A DNA stretch of 64,000 nucleotides from NCBI GenBank assembly GCA_951406725.2, contig OX597817.1, positions 106,206,001 to 106,270,000 on the forward strand, read 5' to 3'. Under the pieces are notes generated by a model that was given only the letters and a program-made list of their open reading frames with translations, was not told where the DNA came from and made no database searches. Shown here in pieces: positions 1 through 14,602 of this stretch. The position numbers were made by a program, and so were the translations under genes. The stretch is from Octopus vulgaris (lineage: Eukaryota). Every line of letters starts with the position of its first letter. The stretch's first letter is position 1.

Positions 1-2123
1 TGCTGATCTTTTGGTCATAAGAAAAGGAAAACGAAAGCTTGCAAAGGTGACACTGAATAGTTAACACCTCTAAAATATATTTTAACCGCTGAAGTTGAAA
101 TATAATATTTTCACCTATTAATCCCTTAATATTATTTTGGGTGATAAAAATTTCAACAGTGATATTTAAACACGAGTATAGGCCAATCTTAATTTGAAAT
201 TAAAAGTAAACTAACGGTTTAATTGAACTATTAGTTCATAGTTTAATTGATTTATTAATGTGCGCGTATTATGCTTTTCAAGCACATTGTTCGTGCGGAT
301 TTATATTCTTTGTCTAGGATTTGCTGAATCGAAACAACTGAGGTTCATAACGTGACAGGAGCGCTACTTTTGTAACTGTAATCAAAACGCAAGATTACAC
401 CGAGCACTCAGCAAGTACGAAGAGTGAATTAGTTCTCTGTACAAGCCGAAGTGTAAAATTAACGAATATTTCGTGATCTCGTAGTGCTGTGTTCAAATCC
501 CTATATGCTTGGGGAAAACGCTATGTATTTTTGAATCACTATATGAAGCCCATATCTAGTACCCTAACTCTAGTAGATTTAACTACCTTCACCACTATTG
601 GCGTAGTCATTTTTATTAGGTTGAACTAAATATGTTGTTCTGTTGATATACTGGTATATCATTTCACTTAATTGCATTTAGGCGCTCGTATACTTGAGCA
701 TGCATTTAAGAATCAAGGGCGGTAATCAAAAATGCTCACAAAATTTAGAAATTTCTCGTCGTTTGGGCTTCGTATGTATAAAATTAATTCAGTTGTTAAC
801 TAAGAAAAATTAAAAGAAAGTATTCGCACACAATGTTAAATGACTACTGTTTTCCGAGAGCCGATGAAATTTTAAGTCATAAATATTGAATCAATTGTTT
901 TTTTACGAAAAGATTTGAACCATAATAAAACCTATTTGAATGCAGTATTATAAACAATGTATTGTGAGGTGGATTTTATAAAAGGTTGAGTTGTAAATAT
1001 TCAATTAATTGTAGTTGATGACTACCAATATTTTAAATTTGAAATAAGTTAATCGAAAATAATAATTAATAGTTTCATTAATTAATAACCGATGTTTTAT
1101 TTAGATAAAGTCTTATTTAAAGAAATTTCTCGTCTCATTCCAGCAGTTTTGATTACTCCCACACCATCATTATTCCAAATTCCATTCATAATACTTAACT
1201 ATTTTAGCTTTAGACTTAATAGTATTTAGGAAAGTATGGGTATTTTATTATCTAACATTGTGACTATGGTGATAAGTCATACTTTCTGTGTTTTCTTTGT
1301 TATGGATCAATGTTTAGCCTATTGTGAGATGTGTAATAAATGATATAGTTTTGTGGAATATATCTAGTGGAAAGATATTCTTGCCATTGATAGAATGTTC
1401 TTCAGAAACTGCTGACTGCTAACAGTCAAACAGATCCATTGAATCACCACTCTATCTCTTGCTATGCATACTCTTGTTTTTTCTGTCTGTAAAACATTAA
1501 ATTTGATCCTTCAATCTTAGGACCATCACACTATGGAAATCCTTTCTAACTTTAGAATAACTGAATAAATCTTGAAATTAGCTTTCAATGAAATATAAAT
1601 GTTTTAAAAAAACCTAGTCAAATTGACATCATTACATCGTAATTTGCAAGTTTGAGCTCCTAAAAGTTACGAGCTTACAAATTATATTTGCTTATTTAAG
1701 GGTATATCATTTTCCTGATATACTAACTATATTATTGACCTTTTTAAGTCTTTAAAGTATTAGCAAATACTACAGTTGATGCATTGAGGCTTCAATGTTG
1801 TAATCCATAATTTCAGTTGTCAACCAACAAAGTCATTTTATAAAATTAAAGAGTGAGCTATTTCACTACAGGCAAGTATACATGAAACTGTCATGGTCTC
1901 ACATTATTGTTAGAACTATCAGAACAATTCAAGATAATTATAGACCACCTGATACCATATTCTCTGCAGAACAAAACAACGTATTTACAAGAAATAGCAA
2001 AACGTTTGTAATTAAAACAAATAACATCTCAAATTCATAGGCATGTCATAAGTGTTCAAACAGATCAGGATTTTTTATTTTGATGCGATAGAATTATTTG
2101 TTGCAACTGTAATGGAATGAGGG

Positions 2124-2317
2124 GGCATCTTTCGGTACAAGTACCATAGCTGCCAAGTCTGTTTGTTTACATTTGAAGAAGACGATTGTCACTTTCCGTA
2201 AAGTTTTCTTAATATATATATATGTGGGGGAAAAGGGTTTCTTTTTTCTTTAGAAATGTAAACAAACCCACGTGGGTTTATAATTGGCAGTTATGGTACT
2301 TGTACCGTATGATCGCC
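2124..2317. mobile_element. MITE with GG termini and 9-bp TSD (Merlin- or Mutator-like)
   Basis: TSD GAATGAGGG at 2115-2123 and 2318-2326; TIR cggtacaagtaccatagctgccaa / ttggcagttatggtacttgtaccg. Confidence 0.8.
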
Positions 2318-2989
2318 GAATGAGGGTTTGATATGTCACGATGATCTTATGTTTCCAAACTTATTTTATTATCATTGTTACTGTATATGTTCATTTGCTT
2401 AAAAGAGACTCTAGCATAGCCAAATGTTTGCAGTTTTATTCAGTGTTATTAAGTTGTTTTTTTTTGTTTTGTTTTTTTATTCAGTAGCTTGTAATATAGC
2501 TTGTTGAGACTGTATGACAACTTTTTCTATACTGAATTAAAACATGGTGTTAAGAGATTACTTCACTCCATCACCATTTTGAGCTTTGGATCACTTTTGA
2601 TAACCAAGCATGTTTTGGAAATCCAGTCAAAAAGTGATTTCACAATGTTGAAAAAATTAAGATAAAGTTATCAAGGCTTTCCTGTTGTATGTGTAAAATT
2701 AAATATTACATTATAAAGTGGTTGTATCAAATTCTAGAAGGCAGTGATAAAATATATTCATTTAAGCCATTGGGATTTCAACAATACTTCTTGGAAAACA
2801 AAGGCACTGGATAAAACAAGATTCTGCTGGTCTTACATAATTCTACTGTTAGTAATTTAACATAAAATAATTATAAAATATTCAATGCTACAATGAGGAA
2901 ACATTTATGTTTTAAATTTATAATTACTGGTTTATCACATTTATGATGATGACTCACTTGCATTTAATGATGTTGCAAAGAGAGAGACT

Positions 2990-5010
2990 CGGAAATGCCA
3001 CTATGAAAGGTTGCTAAATGAAGAGAATGCATGGGAGAAAGAAAGTCCACCAAATGTCAACCCAGCAGAGGGACCAGCTATCCAAATTGACAGTACCTTG
3101 GTAGAAAAAGCAATTAAGGGTATGAAGACTGGGAAAGCCCTGGCCCAACAGGAATCACTGCTGAGATGCTTAAAATATCTGGTGGTGTAGGCTATAGACT
3201 AGTTAACCAGATGATACACAAAGGAGTCCTACCCAATGACTTGTGTAGAAGCACCATAGTCAACTGCTACAAAGGTAATGGTGATAACTTAGAAATAATT
3301 ACAAAGGTATCATATTGATTGATCCGGTGGTGAAAGTCAAAGAGAGGGTCACGGCCCAACTAATTAGGGAGAGAGATGAGATGCAGTTTGGGTTTGTGCT
3401 ATGGAGAAGCACCACTGATGCTATATTTCTGGTAAGACAGCTGCAGGAGAAATACCTGGCCAAAGATAAACCTCTGTACTTGGATTTTGTTGACATGGGG
3501 AAAGCCTTTGACAGGGTCCCCTAATCCCTTATCTGATCATCAATGTGGAAACTAGGGATAGACGAGTGGTTGGTGAGAGCTGTACTAGCCATGTACAGGG
3601 ATGTTATCAGTAAAGTGAGTGTTGGCGACATGTACAATGAAGAATTCAGAGTAAAAGTAAAGGTTCACCAATGATCAGTCCTCGGTCCCCTTTTGTTCAT
3701 CATAGTCCTCCAGGCAGCCTGTCTTGAATTCAAGACAGGCTACCCCTGGGAACTCCTCTATGCTGATGATGTTGCTAATAGCTGAGTCACTACCAGAACT
3801 AGAAAAGAAGTTTCAGGTGTGGAAGCAAGGTCTAGAATCGAAGGGCCATAGAGTTAACCTAGCAAAAACCCAAGTCTTAGTAAGTAGGAAGGTGGACAAA
3901 TCACAAATCCCTTCAGATAGATGGTCCTGCTCGATCTGTAGAAAAGGCATAGGTAGAAACTCCATAAGGTGTACCTGGTATAAGCTATGGACACATAAGA
4001 AGTGCAACAATATCAAAGAAAGGTTAACTAGGAAGATAGTTTTTGTGTGTAGAAGAAGCGCAAGTGCAATAAACACCAAAAATGTACAGAAAACAGATTC
4101 CATCCCATGCCAAGGGGAAAAACTAGAAGTAGTTGATAGCTTCCATTACCGAGGTGACCATATCAGGAGTCAGGGTGGATTCTCTGAGAGCGTAGCTGCC
4201 CTAATAAGAATAGCTTGGGCAAAGTTCAGAGAGTTCCTACCTCTGCTGGTAACAGAGGGTCTCTCGCTCAGAGTGAAAGATAGATTGTATGATGCCTGTG
4301 TGCAAACAGCCGTGCTACATGGCAGGGAAACATGGGCTGTAACTGCTGAGGACATGCATTGGCTTTAAAAAAATGGAGCTAGTATATGCACTGCTGGATG
4401 TGTAATGTCAGTGTGCATACACGACACAGTGTAAGCATCCTGAATGAAAAGTTGGACATAAGAAGCATCAGATGTGATGTGCAAGGGAGACAACTGCACT
4501 GGCATGGTCATGTGATGCGTATGGATGAGGACAGCTGTATGAAGAAGTGTCACTCTAACAGTGGAGGGAACTTGTGGAAGAGGTAGACCCAGGAAGACAT
4601 GGGATGAGATAGTGAAGCACGACCTTCAAACGTTGGGCCTCATAGAAGCAATGACAAGCAACTGAGACCTTTGGAGACGTGCCACACTTGAGAAGACCCA
4701 GCAAGCCAAGTGAGATCGGCCAATGCCAGTGTCAAATAACTGACCCATTTAAAAGCACCCTTCAGTTGTCAGGTGATATGCCATGCTTGTGAAGACCTGT
4801 TGAACCAAGTGAAATCATAGTTCTGGCTGTCTGAGTGGCACAAAAAAGCACTTACTACACTCTCATAATGGTTGGCATTAGGAAGGGCATCCAGCTGTAG
4901 AAACCATGCCAAATTAGATTGGAGCCTGGTGCAGCCTTCCAGCTTACCAGTTCTCAGTCAAGCCATCCAACCCATGCCAGCATGGAAAGCAGACGTTAAA
5001 TGATGATGAT
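2990..5010 (+). mobile_element. 5'-truncated, decayed RTE-clade LINE with 3' UTR and (TGA)n tail
   Basis: RT motifs QFGF...STTDAIF, FVDMGKAFDRVP, LLYADD, RIAWAKFRE; frameshifts and stops; ends aaatgatgatgat. Confidence 0.9.
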
Positions 5011-5053
5011 CTAATGTTATAATGTCATTACTATTATTTTTTTCTATTTAAAG

Positions 5054-5112
5054 ATATTAGAAGACTGCTGTAAAAAACAAGGGTTTTTACCACCTGAAGA
5101 TTATTCTCTCAT
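5054..5112 (+). CDS. ASPSCR1: ASPSCR1 exon (UBL1): ILEDCCKKQGFLPPEDYSL
   Basis: aag|ATATTAGAAGAC...CTCAT|gtaagt; matches TUG VLEDTCRRQDFNP.EYDL; phase 0 to 2. Confidence 0.88.
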
Positions 5113-8100
5113 GTAAGTTCTTTACATTATAATCATCTTCATTGTCATTAACAATTTGTTTCTGATAATATATTATTAAACCAGTTTGCTAAGAACCATT
5201 TTTTCTGCTATGTGACACAAACTTCTAAGATCTAAGTCACTGTTATTATCTACTTGAATTGTAGAAAGATCCTATCTAATTTATGATATGTCTCAGCCTG
5301 TTTCTTTCCAAAAGATTGTAATTCTCTTCTTTCACAACACGTTGAATTTAATGAAGTAATAATTATTGTTGTAGTTCATCACTATTAACACTTTTTCTTT
5401 GCTTTGTTATGTCTCCAAGTTTCACTTCAGCATCTGCCAGCCTTTTAAATCAGTCCATTCCATTGCTCTCATCTATCCTTTTTTTTTCCACCAACCAAAG
5501 CATTAATACTAAGGTTAATCGATGAAGGAATCTCTACATAGGTGCTCTCCTTGATAGAAATAGCAGTCAAATCTTCCCCAAATCATGTCTTATCACCTTA
5601 AAAAGAGGAAAGAACACATTGGTTAGTGTATTACAGAGTATATAGAACCTAATTCACAAAGAGCTGGTAAACTCCAGCTTAGATAAATAGGCTACATGAA
5701 AAGATTTGTTTGTAATGTTGATCCCAGGGAAGTGAGGGCACTTGATAATATGACACTCTGGCAATCTTATGTAATTCTACTGTGGAGTAAAGCATGCATT
5801 CAACTGTAGGAAAAATGTAAATTCAATGTGACTGAATTATTGTTCTAAACTTACATTTTTAGAAAAAGCAATATTTTGGCAAACTTTGAGAGATTGCAGC
5901 TATGATTTGGGTGTTCCAAGGAACTTCAATATTACATTAAGTTGATTGTGTATTATTCAAAAGAGAGAAATGGTTTTGGTGAAATTGCAGCACTCTTGTT
6001 TGAAAGTAAACAAAAATAAACAGACATGACTGTGTGATTAAGAAGTTGGCTTTGCAAGGCTTTGGGTTCAGTCCCACAGAATGGCACCTTGTGCAAGTGT
6101 CTTCTACTATAGATCCATGCCAACCAATGCCTTGTGAATAAATTTGGTGGATGGAAACTGTGTGGAAGCCCATCATATATGTGTATGGCTATCCCCATCA
6201 CTTCTTGACAACTGGTGTTGGTTTGTTTACACCCTCATAATTTAGCAGTTTGATAAAAGAGATTAATAAAATAAGTATCAGACTTTTAAAAAAAAAACAG
6301 CTACTGAGGTGAAATTTGTTCAACTAAAATCCTTCAACAGTATGGCTGCTGTCCAGTAACTGACAAAAGTAAAAGATAAGTAATTTTCTATTTTAATGTC
6401 TTGATGTAACTGAGAAACTGAAAAACAGCAGCTTCTTTATTTGGTTTTACTCCTAGTTCATCACTTCCTACTCATGTATTAGACATGTCTCTACCAGGTT
6501 CTGTCCTGGTGCAAAATAAACAGCTAATTTGCTTCTGTTAACATTGGTTGTAAAAAAAATATATTGAAAATAAATGGCCGCTGTTGAATTAAAACCTTGT
6601 AAGTAAGCAAATCATTTGAGTGCATTTGATAAGTTTGTTCAATCGGACTGGCTTGGGGCTGAACAACAACTACAGCCTCTTACCCAGTTATTTGAGTTCA
6701 ATCTACTTCTCAAGTTTACATTTACTTATCTAAACTTCTTACTCTGTCAATCCAACCTTTGTAGCCACATGACTTGCTTGAAATAGTTATCAAATTTCCC
6801 TCAAACAAAATTCTATCATCATAAAAAAAAAGGGTATGTTTGATAACATCCTCTATGTATTGTCTGCAAAAGAACTCAAATGTAGCAAGTTAAATTATCA
6901 TTTTCTTTACCACTACATGCCTTACAGTATTTAGATGTAACCAATCCCTAATTGCTTCACATTTTCTATTAATCCAAATCTCACTGTGGGTGACTTTTGT
7001 CCCTTATGCAAAAGTAGAAATAATAAAACCATCATCATTTAACATCTGCTTTCCATGCTGGCATGGGTTGAACAGTTTGACTGAAAATTTGTAAACGGGT
7101 TCCAGTCTGATTTGGCAAGGTCTCTACAGTCGGATGCCCTTCCTAACATCAACATCTCCAAGTGTGTAGTGGGTGTTTTTTATGTGCCACTGTTATGACC
7201 CCAACATCAGCCACAACTACAATCTCACTTGGCTTGACAGGTCTATACAAGCATGGCATATCACCAAAGTATTATGCCTAATTAGTATTTGTTTCAACAG
7301 GAACTAAAGAAACAAAACTGTCATAGAATTTTTTATTTGTTGATGTTGTTAAATCCCATAAAATAAGCTTTTATAGAGCAAGTTTTTTATTTATATTTTT
7401 ATACAAGTAGAATCACAATTAAGGATATTGCATGCATCGAATATCTCTTATTAAAAGATTAGAGGTTACTGTTGTGTCTTCATGATATTATGGTTACAAT
7501 GAGTTTCTTTTTAATTTTCTTTCTTGTAAATTTTCAGGCATGGCCGAACAGTCCTTGATTTAACATTGTCCATTCGCTATTTAAATTTAACAAACAATGC
7601 TAAGCTAGAATTAGTGAAAGCAGCAACACCACGAAAAGAATCTGAGATAATAGTTGCCTTACAATTGTCTGATGGTACACGACTTCAGAAAAGTTTTCTG
7701 CCTCAAGTAACATTATGGGAAATATTACAACACTGGCAGAAGGAAGCAGACAGGTGAGTACATCCAATTGTTTTGAAACATACCACTGACAATGATACTG
7801 TTGATAGTTTGTCTTTTGGTTCCTTTGTTTTCTGCAAATACACACTCTTATTTTGGTTATCTTTATATATGTACACTCAATTCACTTGTTTATAGAACAA
7901 GCCCTCCTTTTTTATTGTCTCTGTAAAATACATGCTCTCATTTTTGTTGTCTTGTGTATGCATTCCCTTATTTAAGACCATTGCTGAGTATTTAATACCC
8001 AAGCAATGCTGGGTACGTCAATGCTTTTTACTTATTTCTCATAAAACCTCTTGTTTTGTATAAAATAATTTTCTGTCTAATTTAATAATTCACAAAGTCC

Positions 8101-8866
8101 ATTACAATCTACATGTTTTTGTATATTCATTTATTTCACCTACAGCTCTTTGCAACCACTTTTAACAACAGAAGTTGATACAAGCGGCTCAACATGTGTG
8201 CACCCTATTTGTATATATATGAGGGAAGAGGTTAGTGAAGTTTTATTTCACTTAATAATAATGATAATAATAATAATCACTTTTTTATTGGCCACAAGGG
8301 CCAAGCACAAAAGCAAACAGGGACATTTAGGGTTTAACACAAAAATCGGCTAAAAAATAAAGTAACAATGACAATCAACAACAAAAGTCCCCAACGGGGG
8401 TGTTCCACCCAGGACCAACCAAGGTACCTCACGCATCTTGGTCACCCCGACCACCAAGAGTACCTCAGGCAGGCACTCTTCTTCCACTCAACCGCTCCAG
8501 CTTACAAGTGAATGTTCAGAGAAGGCCCGTTCACATGAGCCATTTTTGCCACATTCAAGCTCACTTTCCTTTTTCAAGTGGAACCTGAAAAAGTTGATGA
8601 GGGCTTGGCCAAAGAGGAAAGTGTTTGTCTTCAGTCCTTTCAGCCTCGTCCACAACACCACCTTTTTTGCTTTAGTCAAATAATGACCCTTTCTTTTATA
8701 GGGTCAAGACCTCAAATTTTGTGCTCAACTGGTACTTATTTCATCAACCTTGAAAGGATGTAAAGTTAAGTCAGTCTCAGTGGAATTTGAACTTGGGGCA
8801 TAAAGACAGATCACCTGCTACTAAGTATTTTGTCTGGCATGTTTCTGCCAGCTCACCACATTGATG

Positions 8867-8898
<32 letters not shown>

Positions 8899-11800
8899 TG
8901 TTTCTAACATAGGACAAGGCCAACAATTTTGTGGGGAGGGTTAGTTGATACCCTTGACTCCAGTACTCTACTGGTAGTGTATTTTCTCTGACCTCGGTGG
9001 GATTTGAGTTCAGAATGTAAAGAGCCACAACAAATACCACAAAGTATTTATCTCCAACCTTCATCAGGTGTCTTGGAGAAATTTCGAACCTGGGTTCCCA
9101 TTCCTAAGGTATTTTTCGATGTTGTTGTTGTTATTATTTAGGCAGTGACCTGAATAGTAGTAATACTAATTATAATAATAACATCGAAACATACCTTAGG
9201 AATGAGAACCCAGGTTCGAAATTTCCCCAAAACACCTGATGAAGGCTGGAGAATATATCAGCCGAAACGTGTTAACAACAAACAAGATGAGCACAAATAT
9301 CCATCAAAAGTAAATAATGGACTTCCTTCAAGATAAATAAAATAAATACTGGGGTTGATAAAATCAACTAAAATCTTAGAAGATTGTGCTTCAACATGAC
9401 CACAGTCCAATGACTAAAACTGGTAAAGGAATAATAGAATATTATTTCTTTGATATTACCACACAATTGATTCAAACTCTTTCCTTTAAGAAATACATTT
9501 TAATGATTATAATTTGTATTTAAATTTTTCTTACTGTTTAGATTATTGGAGAAATTGCTTTGAAAACCACACCCTTACGGAAATTAGGACTTACTGGCGG
9601 CAAAGCAGTTATACGGTAATTAAATAGGATTTATATTTGAAGCTGTTAAAATTATTATAAATATTGATCTCAAATTTTGACACAAGGCCAACAATTTCAA
9701 GGAAGGATAAAGTTGATTGCTTCAACCCCAGTACTCAACTGGTACTTATTTTATTGACCCCAAAAGGATGAAATGCAAAGTCGACATTGGCAGAATCTGA
9801 ATTCAGAACCTGAAGACAGGCGAAATGCTATTTAGCATTCTGCCCAGCATGCTAATGATCATGGCAGCTTGCCACCTTAAAATTATTATAAATATTGACA
9901 TGAAATAACTCTAATCCTCTTTATGACATAGTATACTTGCTTTAAATGTTATGTATTATAAAAAAATCTACCATGCAAAACAAAGTCACCGTGTATGTGT
10001 GTCACCACCATTTGACAACCAGTATTGGTTTGTTTACATCTTCATAACTAAGTGGTTTGGCAACAAGAGACTGATAGAATAAATACCAGATTTTAAATAA
10101 AAAAACGTGTACTTGGGTGCTCCAGCATGGCTGCAGTCTAATGATTGAAACAAGTAAAAGATATTGTTTGTATGTTTGACAGAAAGAGAATTTTGTTGTT
10201 TGTCCCAACAAATTTGACTGATAGAACAATTATTTTATGAACCTTAAAGGGGTAATGATTTTATACTTTACTTTACAATTAACCTTATTGTTTTTTTTCT
10301 GTCTAGGCTAGTTCACAGACAAGTTGATGATGTTACCTATGCTCAAATTATACAGAAGATTGATGCAGAAACTGCCAAGAAGATGAAATTAGATCAGATA
10401 GCAGCCAAGCATTTAAGAGAAGAGAAAAATGAAAGAGAATTGCAAGCTGTTAGGGATGTTGGTGATAGTTCTTCTGATATGATGGAAATATCTCAAGAGG
10501 CACCTAAACCTGTTTCAGCAGCCCAACCAAATATGCAGATCTCAGGGCATCTTACTTCTCCACAGGATGTGGCACAGCGTGATCAACAGAGAGAATTTAA
10601 ACAACAGCAGCAACGAAAAGTATGTATGTATCCGCTTGCACATAGACATAAGCATACAAGCAAATTCAGAACCAGGGCCTAAATTCAATGGCAAGTTAAA
10701 AGCCTTTGACTAGTGGTCTGTAGTCTGAATCTCATTGATCCAGTACATATTTCTAATAAAAGATATTAAAATGTTCCACCGTGAAACATGCAAGATAGTT
10801 TCAATCCATGACCCGTGAACAGATAATCCAATATCTTATCTATTTTGATTAGCTCTCTCTTACCAGCAAACATCTAACTGCCATTCTTCTCTCTATCACC
10901 CTCTCATCCCATTCACTGTTTGTCTCAACATATTTTCTCTTCATTCACCCTCTCATTCTGGTTCTTCTGTTTTGCCCTCTCCCTTTCTCTCATTCATCAT
11001 CTTGATCACATTGAATACAGATAACATATAGTAATGAGAACTCTTCAACCTTACTGGATACAAAGTGGCTTTACTACTATTAGTGTTACATTAAAATGCC
11101 TCCAGTATATTTTGTTGAGTGGTGGTTGCTAGGAAGAGTATCTTTCCATTGAAACTCTACCAAAAATAGAATGTACAAGTGACACATAGTCTTTGACCCA
11201 TTTGGAGACATGTAACTCTGAATAAAAACTCACTCAGACCATTATGACCCATCCATCTCATACCAGCATAAAAACCAGATGTAAAGTGACAGTATGTTAT
11301 GAAACGCAATGGCTGTGATATTAAAAGTGATGGTCTGTAAGTCAATTAGGTCATTATTTCAAACCTAACTTCTTTAGAAAGTGTGCTATAATATCCCTGT
11401 GCAAAATATACACTTTTTACTTGAATAAAAAGTAAAATAGTGAAGGGAACCAAGAATGAATCCTCCTGAATATAGCAAGATGCTGTATCTGTTTCTTAGT
11501 TTCTTTCATAACATCTCTGTACAGCAGTTGTCAGGTATGCTAAACAAGCCCTTATTTCAATATCTGAGCTGACTTATTGTTAAGATTACAATAGTTCAAA
11601 CTATGAACTGCATCTTTAGACATTAGAAACAGGCACTGAATAGGAGGAAGAGCTTCAGCAATTATAAAGGAGCAAATTGTTAGATTTGTAATGTTAACTA
11701 ACTTTTGAGTAAAGTTGAGGACGAGTGAATTGAGATAATGATAAACATCTACTGAATTTCTTTAAATACAGTGTGAGTCAAAAGTAGTGCCCAATTCTTG

Positions 11801-14552
11801 TTTTGGGATTGATATGTATGACTGGGAGATGCTTTTGATTCCTAACTCTTGTTCTGCAAGTTGAGTTATTAATGATACATGATCCAAATTCAGTAACTTT
11901 CAAAACTAATTAATAATCTGCAAAACAACAAAAGCATGACTTCCCAGAAACTCAGTGCTACTTTTGACTTACTCTGTATAAAATCCAGACAATTGTGCTG
12001 GTATCTGCATTGCATGTTTCTTGGTGGATGTAGAAAAAAACCTGCAGAACACAGACGAGAAGTAGTGGAGAATATGTAGTAAGGTCAGAACATTAGTCCT
12101 CACAGATGATGCACAGTATAAAATTGAAATTCATGGAAGAGTGCTATGTTGAAGACCTTTCCTAATTGTTAAAATTACCACTGTAGCAGCATTACCAAAG
12201 ATGACTAGTTTGTTCTAATTAAAGGAATTATCTTTTCTATAAAACTACTAAATTCCATTTTTACCCTCTTTTTTTTTTAATATTTTTCTGTTTATTTTTA
12301 ATTATTACAATATTGTGTCTTCCAGCTCCAAGAAAGAAATTTTGCCAATGAGAGGTTAGTGTGGGTTTTATACTAACTTTTACATATAAGGTATTTTTTA
12401 TAAATGCATATTTGCAAATATTACTAGGCTGTAAAATTAAAGGTGCTATACTACTAATAGTTTATAATTTCTTCTGCAATAAACTATGCTCTGAGCTAAA
12501 TGATATAATTAAGAATTCTAGCTTCTTGACTCAAACTTATCGGATACTTTCACATTATATTTATGCTTCAAATCTACCTAACATGTAGCTTAAGAATAAT
12601 AAGAATTTTATTATAAAATTTAGCATTTTGACATACTATACTCAAGAAGACATAGCCACCAGAACAGAATTAAAATCCTAAAATCAAAATGCCATGTAAA
12701 AAGCATTGGTGTGGGTGAGTGCTGGTGCCACGTAAAAAGCACCCAGTACACTCTGTAAAGTGGTTGGTGTTACTAAGGGCATCCAGCTGTAGAAACTAAA
12801 CCAAAACAGACTATGGCATTTGGTGTGGCCCTTAGCCCTGCCAGTTCCTGTCAAGCCATCCAACCCATGCCACTATGGAAAATGGTCTTTAGATGATGAT
12901 GAAGATATTGTCTGCATATGTTTGACAGAAAGAAATTTTGTTATTTAGGATTAGTTATTTTATGTTCTAATCTAAAACTGACTTCACTGTATTTCCTGTG
13001 TAGGCTAGTTCATGGAGAAACTGAAGGCACTACTGATCATGAAATTGTACAAGAGACCAACAGGGAAGCTGTCAAAAAGATAAAAGTGGAAGCGAAAGCA
13101 GACATACATTTAAGAGAAAGAAAAACTGAAAAGGAAATGGAAACTGTTAGGGATGTTGGTGATAGCTCCTCTGATTGTATGATGGAAATATCTCAAGGGG
13201 AACATAGTTGTGTATCAGAGACTCAACCAAATGTGCAATTCTCAGGGCATGAAGAAAATCTTATTTCTTCACAGGAAATGATGTGGCATGATCAACAGAG
13301 AATGTCTACACTTCAACAACAACAACAGCAGCAAAAAGTAATTATGAAACTTGATTTTTTTCTTCTTTTTATACATACATGTACCTGCACATATTCTCAT
13401 ATCAAACAAAATACACAACCAGCTTTGCATACAAACAACCAAAATTAGCTCATAATTGGCATCAAAACCAGAGTCCAGGTTGAATGGCAACTCAAGCCAT
13501 GTGATTGGTGGTTTATAGTCTACATGTGAACTCCATTGATCTAGTATATATTCTTGATAGGAAATGATAAAATATTTCTCCCAGAAAAACACAAATGACT
13601 TGCAGTAAGTTTGAATTCTATCTCTAGGAATTAATATTTATATCTGAAGTAGATGTAAATATGTAAGAAACGTTTCTTCCCAGATAGTCTGAACTGTTAT
13701 AATCTTAACTCACCTCAGCTTGATTAACTTCTACACAGAGATGTTGCTGTAATTATGAGAGCAGAACTACACATATTGTATTTCCTTTTGTGCTACCAGT
13801 TATCTCTCTCCCTGGAACCATTTCTTCCAGACTTCCAGACAAATATGTTAGTAATTAGTATTGCATGTCTCTGAGAACAGATAAAAACAGTGGATGTTGA
13901 AAAACTGCAGTACACCAACAAGAAAAATATTGAAGAATATGTAGTAAGGTCAGAATGTTAGGCCTCACTGATGATAAATGATAGTAAATTAAAATACATG
14001 GAAGGGCCTGTGTTGAAGACCTTTCCAAATCAAACCTGCATTTAAATGTGGATGCTAAATTTACCACTGTAACAATAACAGAAAAAATAAAAGCAAAGAG
14101 AATAATTTTAGTTGAAGGAATTAACACTTATTTTAAAAATAAACTACTATCTTGTAACTAATAGTTTTTCTTTTTCCCAATTTTAATACTATTTTCTTTT
14201 ATTTTTAATTATTTCAATAATGTCTTCTTTCAGTTGCGAGACAGAAATTCTTCTCAAGAGAGGTAAGTGTAGATTTGGTACTAACTTTTAAATACGGGGT
14301 AGTAGTTTTAAAGACATACTTGGTTGCAAGTGCTTGACAACAGATATATGTAAAATATCACTAACAATGTCTCTCTGATTCTGCTGAAGATTTATTTATG
14401 CTAAATGTATGTGTCTATGGTCAGCTACTTACGCTAACCTCAGATTCACATACATATAAAGAGCAAGTAATTTGATTGATTAGACAACTGAATCCCCATC
14501 ATTCAACAGGTGGAGAACCCTCCTCTCTTTCTTTATATATATATATATCATT

Positions 14553-14602
<50 letters not shown>

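Noticed and set aside
2-64. Frame ADLLVIRKGKRKLAKVTLNS*, vaguely like the TUG N-terminus (GRR..VKVTP) or a TyrRS C-terminus
   Set aside because: Only 20 codons, ends in a stop, and no splice donor gives the expected ...LLQ junction; cannot be supported.
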